Below, piece after piece: positions 13,780-27,513 of a stretch of DNA of 64,000 nucleotides. The notes under the pieces were generated by a model that did no database searches, was not told the DNA's origin, and saw only the letters and a list, made by a program, of their open reading frames with translations. The position numbers were made by a program, and so were the translations under genes. Every line of letters starts with the position of its first letter. Within the stretch, counting starts at the first letter, position 1. The stretch comes from Botryllus schlosseri (Eukaryota): positions 21,578,001-21,642,000 of the forward strand of contig CM119371.1 of the NCBI GenBank assembly GCA_051294905.1, written 5' to 3'.

Positions 13780-14461
13780 GTTTTCACCTATTTAGATTCC
13801 GTATCATCGCCTGCATCACTCGGGCCAAGGTTAAGAAGTACTGCTATCAGTGGCGGCTCGTGACAATATCGGGTGGTGGGGCAAGGGCTGCGAGCGACTT
13901 TTATCAACATGACGTCACAATGGCGTTTTCCAACGTAAAAAAGTAACTTTAATATGATGGTCACATGAATTTCCCGACAACAGTGATTTTAACGTAGGTG
14001 CCGCGAGAGGTTTGCCGGTGAGCCGTGACTTGAAGTGTGGTAACAAATGTTTTATTCATTTTTTTTTAATCAAAGGATTATTTTACATAATGTACGTGAA
14101 CTAAGAATCGTCCCTATGCCACGAATCAATTATCAGGTCATCCTTAGTAGCATGCGTTATGATTTCATGGTAGAGTTAGAGATTACGCAAATCGATAGGC
14201 CGTCCGAAAGTGTTTCGTACACGATCCTGGTGTGTTACGACCACTGAGCTGGTGGTTACGAGTTACGACCAGGTGATAGGCAACCAAAGCGGAGGTACCC
14301 GGCGTACGATTGGATCAATGTAGTCTTCTAGACCTTTAATTTTCGCTCTAAAGGCAACTGCGTAAACTAGCCTACGTACGGAGCAAAGATTCAATACGAT
14401 TCATGTTCGCACTTGACTTGACCAGACTAATTCCAATGACTAGAACTCGAGAGATTGCGTC

Positions 14462-15339
14462 AGTAGTAGGTATGATCGGTCGTGAGGTGGCAGGGGGTTC
14501 TTATGGGTGCGGTCGCATGCGGCTGGGAAACTCGTGGTGGCATGCGGCTTTTTAGACCCCCCCTCTCGGTCGCATGCGGCTATTGCGTCTTATGGGTGCG
14601 GTGGCATGCGGCTCTTATGTCTTATGGCGGGGGTCGCAAGCGGCTGGGAAACCCGGGGTGGCAAGCGGCTCTTTTGTCTTATGGCGGGGGTGGCATGCGG
14701 CTATTGTGTCTTGTGGTCGCAGATCTCTGGTGATTCGCTATGTGTTCTTATGGGTGCGGTCATGAATCGCCCTTTCGGGTATATGCATCTCTCGCACGGT
14801 GTTGAATATGTATCAAGTAAATAGTCACGTGATTGGTTCTTAGTTATTGTGTATATCACAAATTATTGTATATGACCAATTTTAAGTAATCCCAACGTTT
14901 ACGGTGAGTGCAACAATGATATATCGTTATTCTTATGGCGGGGGTCGCAAGCGGCTCTTATGTCTTATGGCGGGGGTGGCAAGCGGCTATTGTGTCTTGT
15001 GGTCGCACGGTAACCCTTTTCAGCATAGGGATCGGTCGCACGCGGCTTCGTTGTTGGCATGTCGTACTTTCGGGTATAGACTGCAGGCGGCATGTCGTAC
15101 TTTTAGCAAAAAAGGGTGTGAAATAGTTTGCTAAATCTAAGAATCCGCCGCATGGTAATTTTTTGGTAATTAGTTTACCAGAGAGCCGGCGTAGACGGTG
15201 ATTCCAATACCAACAATAACCGCGTTCACAAACTAACACTTCAAATAGGTGTGAAATAGTTTGCAAAACCCCGCGAGCGCTGACAAGATAATGTCTCGGA
15301 CATAACCATCTTTCGCGGCTTCGTGTTACAGGCATATCG
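14462..15339 (+). repeat. Left TIR of the Polinton-like element, with internal GC-rich ~29-bp tandem units
   Basis: Reverse complement of 20207-21084; repeated unit gtcttatggcgggggt(g/c)gcaagcggct. Confidence 0.95.
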
Positions 15340-15809
15340 GTTACCGGCATACCGGTTACATACTTTATCATGGTTTCCGATTTCAAACTGAATGTCGAGA
15401 CATACATGACCAATAAAGACACAATATAGTAAACACGCGGGGGAAAACTCGACCTGGAATTGTTATCGCGATGGGTGACATAAATCCAACCGTTTTCCGA
15501 ACACCGTTATCCACATACCAACCATCCTCAAGGAGGTGTTTTATTCAGACATTTTGACTCTGGAAAATCCAAAGCACGAGCACGGACATTACAAAACTAT
15601 CGAAGCCTATTGTCCAATTTTCCAAAAACATAAACGTCGATGTACAACAGCACATTGCATGTGGGTAACCGATGATTTTGATGAGTTGCATCAGCACAAG
15701 TGAATATGCGATTACACAAATGTATTGGAGTTGTTGTTGGTGTATATTTTGTCGCTATCCGTTGTAACAATATACAAAAATATCAAATTGTCAGGTGTGT
15801 TTGTCAGAT

Positions 15810-16220
15810 TTCAAAATGAAAATGGTATTGTTACCCAGGTAAAAGATAGATTTCCAAGTGAAAACTGTATTGGTACTCAGGTAAATGATAGTTTTCCAAA
15901 CGAAAAGAGTTTGTTACCCAGGGAGAAAATATATTTCTAAAAGAAAATGATTAGTTACTCTAGGTAAAAGTATTTTTCCAAGTGAAAATGATATTTTTAC
16001 TCAGGTAAACGACGGACTACCGAGTTAAAATGGTTTGTTGATCAGAGAAAAAATATATTTCCAAGTGAAAAAGGTTTGTAACCCAGGGAAAAAATATATT
16101 TCCAAGCGAAAAAGGTTTGTTACTCTGGGTAAACGTCAGATCTCCAAAGGAAAGTGATATGTTTAGTCAGGTAAACGATGGACTGTCAAGTGAAAGTGGT
16201 AATTTTACACAGGTAAACGT
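15810..16220 (+). repeat. Degenerate ~41-42-bp tandem array (~10 units)
   Basis: Unit like tttccaagtgaaaactgtattggtactcaggtaaatgatagt; caggtaaa recurs at regular spacing. Confidence 0.8.
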
Positions 16221-19200
16221 CGTGGGCTCAGTGTCGTTGGTCTTGTTAAACGTAGCTGTCGAGTTGTACAATATACTTGTCATGAGTATACAATTACGAA
16301 GGGTGAGAATGAAATTGCTATTATGAGTGCCAGAAGGTTGTTGTATGTAGATTTGACAGTAACCCTATTATTCACATATGACAAACACAATCATTGCCAT
16401 TAACTAACTTGCTCGGTCTCGATCAATGCAAAAGAGATGATTCGTTTTTTGAAACCGTAGCGAAGACCACATGTAAATCTATGCGATAGACTTCTATCTC
16501 CTGACATTCAGTCGTGCCGTTTGCATTTTAATACGGACCTTAATGTATGACATGCACACACTAACGCCGTAAACAGAAGTCGATGATTTTGATTAATAAA
16601 CATATTTCTTGACTACATCGGAATGTCTATGTTGTAGGAAGTAAATACTTTTATGGAGTTGTGTGTTTAATGAAAGCGATTGGTTACAAGTATGTGTTGG
16701 GAAAATAAAATTTACTTTTCTGTATGTGGCAGTTTGTGAGGAAATGAAAATAGATTCGTGGTTTTAATTGAATTGCGCTGTTTTAATGTTCGCTTCAACA
16801 TGGGGACTTGACGCTGAACAACAATTTGTCACTGGTGTGCAAGGGGTTAGGAACATTTTAATACAGCTCCATCTACTGGTTGTTGTGAGGATAATCATGT
16901 GATGACACAGCGCTTTTCGTTAGCAAAGTAGATTGATTTGTGTGTAAGATGTAAGCACCGTAACTAGAAAACATATGTACTCTGTTTTTGGAGTAGTTGG
17001 TTTATTGCTATGACATTGACAGAATATCGAGAAGTGAGTATGCCTTACATTCACGAAAGTTTACGTGGCTCCGTTGTAATAAATTGGTGTTAACTAATCT
17101 CAGCTGGATACTACAATTGTGCTGGACTTACACGTGGTATTCGCATACTGCGCACATACAAACTTTTGTGTAAACAACTCTGATGTTACTGTTGGTACTA
17201 GCGCTGTGTTGAACTATTTGGTTCTTAAGACACATGAACAACCATTCAGACAATAAAGGTCTTGAGGTAACGAAACAGTTTGTAGAGTCAAACCAACCAT
17301 ACTTTAGTTTCGTAATGTGAAAATATCGAGTAAAGTTGATTACTTTGTGTGATGTAAATATCTTTCGTACTTTTGTAAGAGTTGTGGGGGTCTCATGAAA
17401 AAGTAACTAGTTGACAAAAACAAAATATTGAATGAAGGTTCGTCTGTTGTTTTCATAAGTCAAGAGAGTGAAAATTGTTGTTGTTGTTTTTGTTACACTA
17501 AATCAAAATAGTGTGAAAGCGTCACCAATCATTGCGTATGTTCGTAGCATGGAATATCGAATATTTTCGTGTACCATGAATATCTTTCATATACACTTAG
17601 TATGAAATGAGATGCGTGGAATAATAATTAGTGTCCTACAAAAGTAAAACTTGTTGTGTTTGCTTGTGTACTTTTTATCATTGCTTGTTGCGGTTTTGAA
17701 AGACGGGCGAGTTTACATTTAAATATAGTAAGCGGGACAACTCAAGTAATAAATTTTGCTCGGTTGAAAATCGACTCGTTTGAAAATACCGGTCAATGGA
17801 GTAACAGTATCAATGTGAGTAGTATATTATTTTTCGCGAGGTGCACCAATCTTCTAAACTTTTCAAAAATTCATAATGTCATAGAAAAGTCGGTTGTTAT
17901 GAACTCGAAACAAATGTACTTCGATTGTCACGATGATGGAAATTACGATCAACACAGTATTTCGTAAGTGAATGTGTATCGTTTGGTATGTTCAGCAGTC
18001 ACTAAATGACAAAAATAGCAAACTGATGCAACCCGGTAGTTAAACGATACAGTTACAAGTTGGATGTAATCTTGATTTACAGATGACAGCTTGATGATGT
18101 AAAGCTCAGCCACTCAAATGTGTTCATTGCAAAGTATTTGACCAAAAATAAAATATCAAATGGGGACTTCTGTTTCATTACCAAGCGAGTGAAAATTGTT
18201 TTCTGCTGGGTGGATATGATTTACATTTAGAAAAACGATGTAGACCGATTAAGCGACGCTGTTTCATATCCGTCGAGTGAGTAAAATTTCTTTGGAGTTC
18301 GGTTTAGTGAGTTAATCGCTAGGGGTTCAATCACATACAAGTAACGTCTTTTAGTGACAGAGTATTGTGATGACATTTACTTTAGTGAATGACAACGGAA
18401 AAATTTTTGATTGCATTGTCGGTGGGTTACACAAATAATTCTAGTACACCTAACTATAGGACACATTTGGCAAACATCGTACAAATTGTTTCTTTGTGAT
18501 GGTAATGACTTTCAGCGGCTTGGTCTCATGTCGGGAATTATTATTTGAGGGTTGAAAAACAATTTCAATCAATACTACAAACGACCAACAATGCAAAACG
18601 CGTTTAGTGAATTACAGTGTAGCAAGTACTTCCTTGATATTACGATTGTTGTGCACCAGAAATTTCTAACTGAATTGGATGCGTCTAGCAAACATACCCC
18701 AATTTACTTTTGTAATGATCAAAGTCTCCTCGCGATATTTTACATTTAGCACGTTCTATGGAAAGTGTGAACGGAGTTGAGTATTAATCGTGTACTTGGG
18801 ATAGTGCTTTGATATCAAAGATATATTTTCACACTGTGTAATGTTTCGATTCTCTGTTGTGAATACCGACAGTAACGACATTGATGTTAAATCCTCACTC
18901 TTGGTCATTGAAAGCGAATCCTAAACATCGCAACAGTCGGTATGGAAATCGAACGCATGCATAATTTTAGATAGACGACACTAACAAGTTTATTACATCC
19001 GTGAAATACTCTGAAACGTCGATTCGTGATTGTGTTAGCTATATTCATCTTCCATATCTGTGGGCACAAAGATTTCTTAACTTTGGTTACAGCTCATTCG
19101 TAACGAATTGTTGCGTGCAATCTAATAAAGCGCAAGTCGAAGATAAATGATTTGATTTCAATGAGCTTGAAAGTCCTTTTGTTTTGGTGTTGGGTTTAAT

Positions 19201-20206
19201 ACAATTTGTATGACTATAACGAATCCGATTCCAAAAGTGCTATGTTACATTTAACAAAAAGTTTGATGACTTGTATTCTGATATTGATAGATGTGAAAAG
19301 TAATATGACCAGTTTATAAAATCTCGGTAATGTTCTTTGTCATGTCTGTGTTCAACAAATATGCGATCAAGTCTTACCATTCGATATTAACTTTCGCAGT
19401 CGACGTAAGCGATAATTTGTTGAAGTAACAATATCGACGAGTTCAATAATATTCCCCATCGATGCATTCGAATAATCTGTCAGCTGCAAGCTGATTAAAA
19501 ACTTGATGCCGTTTTGTGGTTAACTCAAGTCAGTGGTCGCGTTTGTGTTGATTTCAGGAATGATCATGACGAGTTGGCCGGGTAAATTAGCGGTAGTAAC
19601 TATGACCGTACAGAGTTGCTGACATTCCAATATCTTTTACGCTGTTGTTGTACCGGATCAACACATTCAAATACGAATCAACTTGGTTTGTGTAGTGAGT
19701 TTCATTTCAAGTTGATAAATTGACACATTGATTGAATATTCTCATGATTCGCATCACGCAACCAAAGTCAACGTGAAACATATAGCGATCGCGAAAAGTA
19801 TCAAATCTTGGATATTCAAGTCACCGTCTGCGACGGTTCTGTTATTCGGTGCTTATTTCTTAATAGGTAATATTCTTATTATATCAGACTCGTGAAATCC
19901 AGTTCTGCACCAAACTACCAACATATTACATTGTAGCGATTGGGATGAATGTAACCACAAGTCACGAAAGATGGTTATGTCTTATAGGTGTTATCTTGTG
20001 AGCGATCGTAGGATTTTAGAATTATTTCAACCTTTTTGAATAAGCGTACACTTCACAAAGGATTAGGGTTAGAGTAGAAATAAGTGACAATTTGTCGCTA
20101 TTCAAGTTACCGACACTGGCGGTCTGTTATTCGTTACTTATTAAATCTTTACGAGTGAAATCAAGCTGTGACAAACTGCTTACGAAAATTTCACCGCGTG
20201 AGCGAT

Positions 20207-21084
20207 CGATATGCCTGTAACACGAAGCCGCGAAAGATGGTTATGTCCGAGACATTATCTTGTCAGCGCTCGCGGGGTTTTGCAAACTATTTCACACCTA
20301 TTTGAAGTGTTAGTTTGTGAACGCGGTTATTGTTGGTATTGGAATCACCGTCTACGCCGGCTCTCTGGTAAACTAATTACCAAAAAATTACCATGCGGCG
20401 GATTCTTAGATTTAGCAAACTATTTCACACCTTTTTTTGCTAAAAGTACGACATGCCGCCTGCAGTCTATACCCGAAAGTACGACATGCCAACAACGAAG
20501 CCGCGTGCGACCGATCCCTATGCTGAAAAGGATTACCGTGCGACCACAAGACACAATAGCCGCTTGCCACCCCCGCCATAAGACATAAGAGCCGCTTGCG
20601 ACCCCCGCCATAAGAATAACAATATATCATTGTTGCACTCACCGTAAACGTTGGGATTACTTAAAATAAGTCATATAAAATAATTTGTGATATACACAAT
20701 AACTAAGAACCAATCACGTGACTATTTACTTGATACATATTCAACACCGTGCGAGAGATGCATATACCCGAAAGGGCGATTCATGACCGCACCCATAAGA
20801 ACACATAGCGAATCACCAGAGATCTGCGACCACAAGACACAATAGCCGCATGCCACCCCCGCCATAAGACAAAAGAGCCGCTTGCCACCCCGAGTTTCCC
20901 AGCCGCTTGCGACCCCCGCCATAAGACATAAGAGCCGCATGCCACCGCACCCATAAGACGCAATAGCCGCATGCGACCGAGAGGGGGGGTCTAAAAAGCC
21001 GCATGCCACCACGAGTTTCCCAGCCGCATGCGACCGCACCCATAAGAACCCCCTGCCACCTCACGACCGATCATACCTACTACT
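20207..21084 (-). repeat. Right TIR of the Polinton-like element
   Basis: Mirror of 14462-15339; the ORF track shows mirrored peptides on opposite strands. Confidence 0.95.
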
Positions 21085-21263
21085 TGCGTCAGCCTAACTG
21101 CAAAGGTCAACGACTTCGGACACATACGCAATTGTTATCTCATAGATTGAAGCAGTTTATACGTTGGCGGGCAGAGACTTAAGTTCAGACTATTTTCTGC
21201 GGCGTGCCGTCTTATTTCTAAATTCAAAGCAGTGAAATCCATTGTTAACACATGCTGTTAAGT

Positions 21264-21693
21264 TAGGCTTACCATACGTCCTCTTTTAAGAGGATTTGTC
21301 CTCTTTTTTGGCTTTTTTGAAAGTGTCCTCGGAGGACGCCCTTTTGTCCTCTTTTTTGAGATTTTGTCCTCTTTTTGAAAATTGAGGTCAGATTTAGAGC
21401 AAATTGCGAGTGATATGCCGTAAATTAGCACAGAAGTGACGCTCCGGAGGGTATATCGGAGCGAAACACGCTATATTGAGCTCCGAGCGGAAAGATGACC
21501 ATTTATTTTTTATTATTTTTTAGTCATCCACCTAGCAATGCGGAGAAAAAAACGGTATTTTGGGCTCTGCGCGCCAAGTGATGACCTTTTTTTAGTCAAC
21601 CGGTCACAAAGTGGGAAAAATTCACCGGTTTTACAAGTCTCAAATTTCTGAAAAAGTGTCCTCTTTTTACATTTGCAAAATATGGTAAGCCTA
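21264..21693. mobile_element. hAT-type MITE
   Basis: taggcttaccata / tatggtaagccta; perfect TSD tgttaagt; GTCCTC subterminal repeats. Confidence 0.9.
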
Positions 21694-21972
21694 TGTTAAG
21701 TGGATGTGGTAATATTAGGCCATACCTCTGTGAGTCCTATCTCTGTGTGGATTGGTGAAATATTCTTGATGTTTTGCCAGTTCAGCTAGCAGGTCTTCAT
21801 TAGAAGATTGTATGTATGTCACCGCATGATTTTTCTCATAACGCCGACTCCAATTACAACCATCCACGGATACCTGCTCTAGCTCATTATAATTTAAAAA
21901 GATCAGTTCAAGGCTAACTTCAGCAAGCAAATATTCAATTCTCTAAATCTTTTTGAAAGTTGGGCCTTCAAC

Positions 21973-23018
21973 CAATGTTCCATCTAAACTTCGCACGTGC
22001 GCAAATGCGCAGTGCTGAAACGGTCTCTGCGCACAGAAAATCTAGGCTGCGCACAAAAAATCCGAAGTTATGACTTTTTTTTAATCGTTGCGCACTCTTG
22101 TCCAAGGCCCCGCGCAGGCGCTCACACTCGGGAAAAGTGAGAGGGAACATTGCCAGGGGTAAATAGTGCTATCGCTGAAGTCTGAAACCGAGGTAGGCCT
22201 ACAAGTGCAGCCCGAAAAGGCAAATATTGCGCTCCGCGAAGCAATGAGAATTTGCAATCGTATGCGACTGACGAAAGAGATTTTTCTTTTATATGGTATA
22301 TCGTACGCATGAGCAAAACTGATATCATATCAATAGCGCAATCCTTTGTGGGAATGGCGAAATAACATGGTTTAACAAAGTTTTAAATAACAATGGGCTA
22401 GCTCGAAGTTAACTGCGAGAAACTAACGAATAGTCTTCTCCGCGTGAAATGAATATTGTGTAAGATATACTGTACAAGTGTTCAATTACATGCCGCGAAT
22501 TTTCAAAGCCATCACTTTCATCAGGCGAATCTGATCACGTATGGTGATATAGGATAATATGCAGAATATGCAAGTACAAGCACCAATATTGTTAAAAAAA
22601 ATCCATCCCATTGCAAACGTTGATCGGGAAATGCAGCAACTAGATGCACTGTAGAGCGTTGCATTACATCAGCTTCTCAGCAGCACAAATTTGTGATTTT
22701 ATTCGATTCGTTTGAACGGGTATCTTCCGTCCATAAGGTCATATACGCTGATCTTGTTCTTGCTTCAATCAGACTTGACTATTCGTATCATTATATCTGA
22801 CTGTATGTCTTGATGGTAATGAGTGCATTGCCGGTATCAAGACATAAAGGATTAGTAACGGTGAAAAGCGTGTTACCTGAGGGGGGTCTGGGGCGCTACG
22901 CCCCCCAGATGTACGGTTTATCACCCTATGGGGAGGCTGGTTGCGCACTGTTGTCCAAGGGCCTGCGCAGTGAGTTGGCGTATTTGCGCATACTCGTGAA
23001 AAATTAGAGGGAACATTG
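21973..23018. mobile_element. hAT-type element with a duplicated right end
   Basis: caatgttccatctaa / ttagagggaacattg; perfect TSD ccttcaac; a second right-end copy at ~22090-22151. Confidence 0.8.
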
Positions 23019-23699
23019 CCTTCAACCATACTGTTCCGTGCTTGAAAAAAAAAATATATGAGTGAGGATGACCGTCAATCACGTGCACTATAGTTGCATT
23101 ATCCTACGAATTAGGATTTTGACGTAACAGTTTCAATCACATACTTTTGACTTCCTAATGTAACAATGGCAACAAAGAATATTTGAACTTGAATATGAAA
23201 ACAGTGAATTGGAACTTTAATTGTTACGGCATACTATATTACATAGGCTTTGTTTATAACCTGAATTATTCACAGATATAGCCTAGGTTACGTAATCACG
23301 ACACATAAATAAACTGGACTTCAACGTAAACACATTTTCGATGAAGTTTATAGGGCCTATGGTTTTAGCCTATGGCTCAAATTCCGATGAAGTCGGAATC
23401 TCGTGGCGGGCCACACAACGCTCATGTGTGCTCTACAGTATAACCTAGTAATGACATGGCAACGTGCCTTAATTCGAAAAACGCCCCGCCATGAATCCAA
23501 CCAGTGGTTTGAATCTTATATAAGAACTATAAATAAGAAGTGAGAAGAAGTGGTCAACTGAAAAAAATGTTCGTGCTTTGCACGATTTACCTCCGATTCA
23601 CGCCTGTTTCTCCATATATACTCCAAATTTCATATTCTCTATTCTCTAATCTACAGTGATAACGTTCCATGCCATCAAACAATCCGTTGTGGTTACTAG

Positions 23700-24956
23700 T
23701 AGGGATGGTGTGAACGTGAGGTTCACGTTCGCGTTCTGTGCGTGAACCTCGGAAATTGAGAGGTTCGCGTTCACAACAGAACCTTGGTAGGTTCTGCACT
23801 GTGAACCTTTTTCATATATTACAATTTTCACTTCATTATAACATCTTTGGTTCATATTAATTGCATTGCAACTGCGGGCCACTCTATGCATGGCGCTGGC
23901 AGCATTAAAAATTAACACTATAAACGAGCATGCACCTTGACAATCTCAAGAGTTTTAGTTGCTTTGTAGCAAATGTTTGCTCGAAATATTCAGCTTTCCG
24001 TTTGTGAATATTTAGTGTCTCTCTGCTGTGAGTTTGACCTGCGATCACACAACATCACGAGCGAAATACGTAGTCAGCGAATGATGCTTATATTCAACCA
24101 ATCAATGAGATTGATATCGTTTTCTGATACAAATAAGCTAGCAGGGGTACGGGCCAATCTTGACTCCATATCTTTACTGCATCACGAGAACCAAATCCCT
24201 GTGATTGAGGTGTTGTCTACTGCTGTAAAACTTGTTAATGGGGTAATATCGGTAGCAAGTATAGAAACCAGTTTTACACTCAGCTCAATATCAATGTAGC
24301 GATAGCAGAGGTGGTCAAAGTAGTCACCGTCGCTACTCAAGTAGAAGTAGAAGTAGCGCCGGAATTTCTACTCAAGTAGAAGTAGAAGTGGTGATTCACA
24401 AGTAAGTAAGTAAGTAGGTATTCTACGCTTATTTTGCCTACAAAACTGAAAAATGCCAAGTAGAAGTAGAAGTAGTCTAAAATCATAACTACTTAAAAAG
24501 TAGTGTGAGTAGGCAAAATCTACTTCAAGTACTTCAAAAAGTAGAAGTACTTCGTTACTGACCACCTCTGAGCGATAGGCTACTCAGACGCCGGATACAT
24601 TGTCCGGTCTGGCGTAAGCTTATATTCCCTGGTAAGTCCTCGTCGAAATTGTTGGCAAAGCGACGGAAGATATTGATTTTATAGGAGTATTATATCCTTT
24701 GATTGCCTCAGTTGAAACATTCAGTGACGTTTAAAACGCCAACATGTACTTCTGCATTGTGACATGATGTGGCCCGAGTCGTCGCTAGGTATCGTGTACG
24801 CTAATATAGGCTATCACTTCATTGAAAGATAGGGTTGGAATTAGCAATATGACGTCACGTGACGTCATGAGGTTCACGTTCGTGTTCACACAGAACCTTT
24901 CAAAAAGGTTCGCGTTCACACGAACCTGAACCTTTCAGAGGTTCACACCATCCCTA
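23700..24956. mobile_element. hAT-type MITE (GTTCAC/GAACC subterminal repeats)
   Basis: tagggatggtgtgaac / gttcacaccatcccta; perfect TSD gttactag; a homologous end lies inverted at ~48270-48520. Confidence 0.9.
24306..24570. mobile_element. Short CAGAGGTG-family MITE nested in the 23700 element
   Basis: cagaggtggtca / tgaccacctctg; perfect TSD agcgatag; AGTAGAAGTAG repeats. Confidence 0.92.
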
Positions 24957-26956
24957 GTTACTAGTATCCCGGTTGGATTTTGTGATATGACGATAAGGGG
25001 GGGGGGGTGCGAAATTTTTCACTTTCATAAAGCGGCGTGTCTAAAAAAAGGTTGAGAACCACTGTAGTCATTAATTTGATTGCATCATTATTGATATTTA
25101 TTAGTCTGATCCATATACTAACTAAGATACATATTTCAGTCAAATGTCCGATAAACGCGCAAGATCGGTGGGTACAATGCAAACTACGTTTATTACTTGT
25201 CATCAGTCATTGCAGATCGTACATGTATAAACTCATTCAGATCGACCGTAACACAGACATTTATTTATTTTACACAAGGTATGCTCTGTTGCTAATAAAT
25301 CACTAGGGGTGTGCCGCATTCCGTAATATCGGATTTGTGTAACGTCAGCAAAGTTTACTGGTTGATGATCTCGAAATCTATAAATTGGTATGACGCACAC
25401 TCATAAATACTCCAGAAGTCATGAATAGGGTACAATATGTGACAGAAAGGTCATCTATCGTGATGCCGCGCTGGCATATTCAGTTGTACGTTAGATTTCA
25501 AGGTGGACACTGGACACTGGAGTGAGCCCCGATAACGGACGGAATAATGTTCCGAGCCTCCACCTTGTGGAGTGTCTTGTTTTTCCCCTGATTCGCGCAT
25601 CGATATTTCAGACGTTTGTTATGTGCCAGGTGATTAGGTCAATCTGTCCAGTTAATGGCCAGGTTGAATTGCTGGTGGTTTGTTGATTCTAAAGAAATTC
25701 TAAGAGCAGCATATTCAGTAGATGAGAGCCAAATACAAATTTGCAGTCTAATTCGGTTACCGGCAAGTCAGTGAGAGATACCCAAGATATCAATAATTAT
25801 TCGATGCAAAATATAAACGACAAGGCCTAATAAGAAGGAGGGCATCAGGAGATGTTTTCACAGTAGACAATGATAGCAATCGAGTAGAAGTAGGAGTTAG
25901 TTTTTATCATTTGCTAGCAGAAGCAGAGATTTCCAAGAAATGTTAAACTAATTCACGAGGATATGTGATGCGTAAATGTAATGTGCCACCGAGCTTTATG
26001 ATGTCTGAATGTGCCACCACACTGCCGACACACAAAAAAAATCCGGAGTAGTCTCGCTCAAAGGTGCGATTGAGGAAAGTAAAACTGTTCCATAGTTCAC
26101 TGTTATTGCCCTTGATAACCTTGAATTCAAGTTTCTTTTTGTATATAGAGATTCTGCTTTCTGTAATAACACAAGCCATTTCACTGCACAACGAAATCAG
26201 AATATTGAAGGGAAGATATCTAGTCAGAAAATAAGTGTTGTGATGACTACACATAAAATTGATACGGTACGGTGATTCCGTGAATTAACAAATTTTGTTC
26301 GTTTATTTTCGCAATGGGGTGGCACGTGGTTGATAGTTATTTATTTCGAAAGAGTGATCCTTGCAGTAAAGATGTAGTGATCCGGCTCCGATCCGGATCT
26401 GGCCAAAAATGCAAAATTTTGGACGGTTATCCAATCCGACTCCGGTCCATGCTCAACCATAGTCTACATTTGCGAGCGAACATTTCCGACCATGAACATT
26501 ACCAAGACGAGGCTGCATTTCAATATAACTGACGTTTACTTCCAGTCTTCACTAAGGGTTTCTACATCCGACACGCATCCAGATTTCAAGGGACTTGTTG
26601 ACAACTTCGATGGACGGGAGATGTCTGATTGACTTCAACAGCTATTGAAGTACATTAGGTTTATATAATCATTAAATCATGTTATGATCTCTACGCTTTT
26701 AACCTAAAGTTAACATTAAATGCGATTTATTCCTTGTATATAGGTGGAAAAATACGCGATAGAGGTATCGATTCTGTAATCAGGCCACCCAAGTAATTAA
26801 TTTCCCCTATCAAACCCGTCGAACAGAGAAGTTGCCCGTCCCTGGAATATTGGTTCTCTTGTTAATATTTTTTTCGTCCATGATCACCAAAAATCACCTT
26901 CCCGTGCTGACAGTTTTTCGTGAACCAGATTTTCGTGACAGACTTATTGATTGGAG

Positions 26957-27513
26957 CAGGGGCGGTTAACATGCCACGGGATTTTGAGCGGCTCGCCGAG
27001 AGATTCTACCATGAAATTAATATTCTTATCTGGAAGTATTGACAATTTTTATGCGTCACAGAATGAATCCATGTTTGTCAAGCTGAGATAGATGGTTATG
27101 AAACTACTTGTTCCGTTCGGGTCTACGTACATTTCGAGCAAACATTTTCGACCATTATCATCAAAACGACAAGGCTGCGTTCCAATATAACTGACGTTCA
27201 CGTGCACTCGTGTAGTCTTTCCTAGGAGTTTCAACATCCTACATGCAGCCAGAGTTTAAAGAACTTAGTGACAACCTAGATCGGCCAAACTTGTTTGAAT
27301 AACTTCACCAGCTATTGAATTACATTAGGTTAATACATTCAATAAATACCTTTTTATGGTCAATGCTTTAAACTTGACGTTTACATTAAACACGATTTAT
27401 TCCTTGCATAGGTGGATAAATACGGGATTAGTGTATCGGTTCTGTAATCCGGCCCGCCAAGCACTTCATTTTTCCAAATCCGACCCGCCGACCGGAGAAG
27501 TTGCCCGCCCCTG
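26957..27513 (+). mobile_element. Charlie/Buster-type hAT deletion derivative with a transposase C-terminal relic; partial second copy at ~26465-26843
   Basis: caggggcgg / gcccgcccctg; TSD gattggag/aattagag; frameshifted translation LLVPFGSTY..EQTFS..IKTTRLRSNITD..PEFKEL resembles the Buster/GTF2IRD2-type C-terminus. Confidence 0.65.

Larger units (their letters stand above)
14462..21084. mobile_element. Non-autonomous Polinton/Maverick-type element, 6623 bp
   Basis: Termini AGTAGTAGG...CCTACTACT; perfect 6-bp TSD tgcgtc (14456-14461, 21085-21090); 878-bp TIRs with only a handful of differences; no pPolB, integrase or capsid ORF inside. Confidence 0.85.

Noticed and set aside
14490..15010. 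Regularly spaced ~29-bp repeats resembling a CRISPR array
   Set aside because: No unique spacers, no cas genes, eukaryotic context; these are tandem units within a TIR.
14482..21064. Mirrored ORFs (63-154 aa) at 14.5-15.4 kb and 20.2-21.1 kb
   Set aside because: They are translations of the GC-rich repetitive TIRs in several overlapping frames, with no protein-like motifs.
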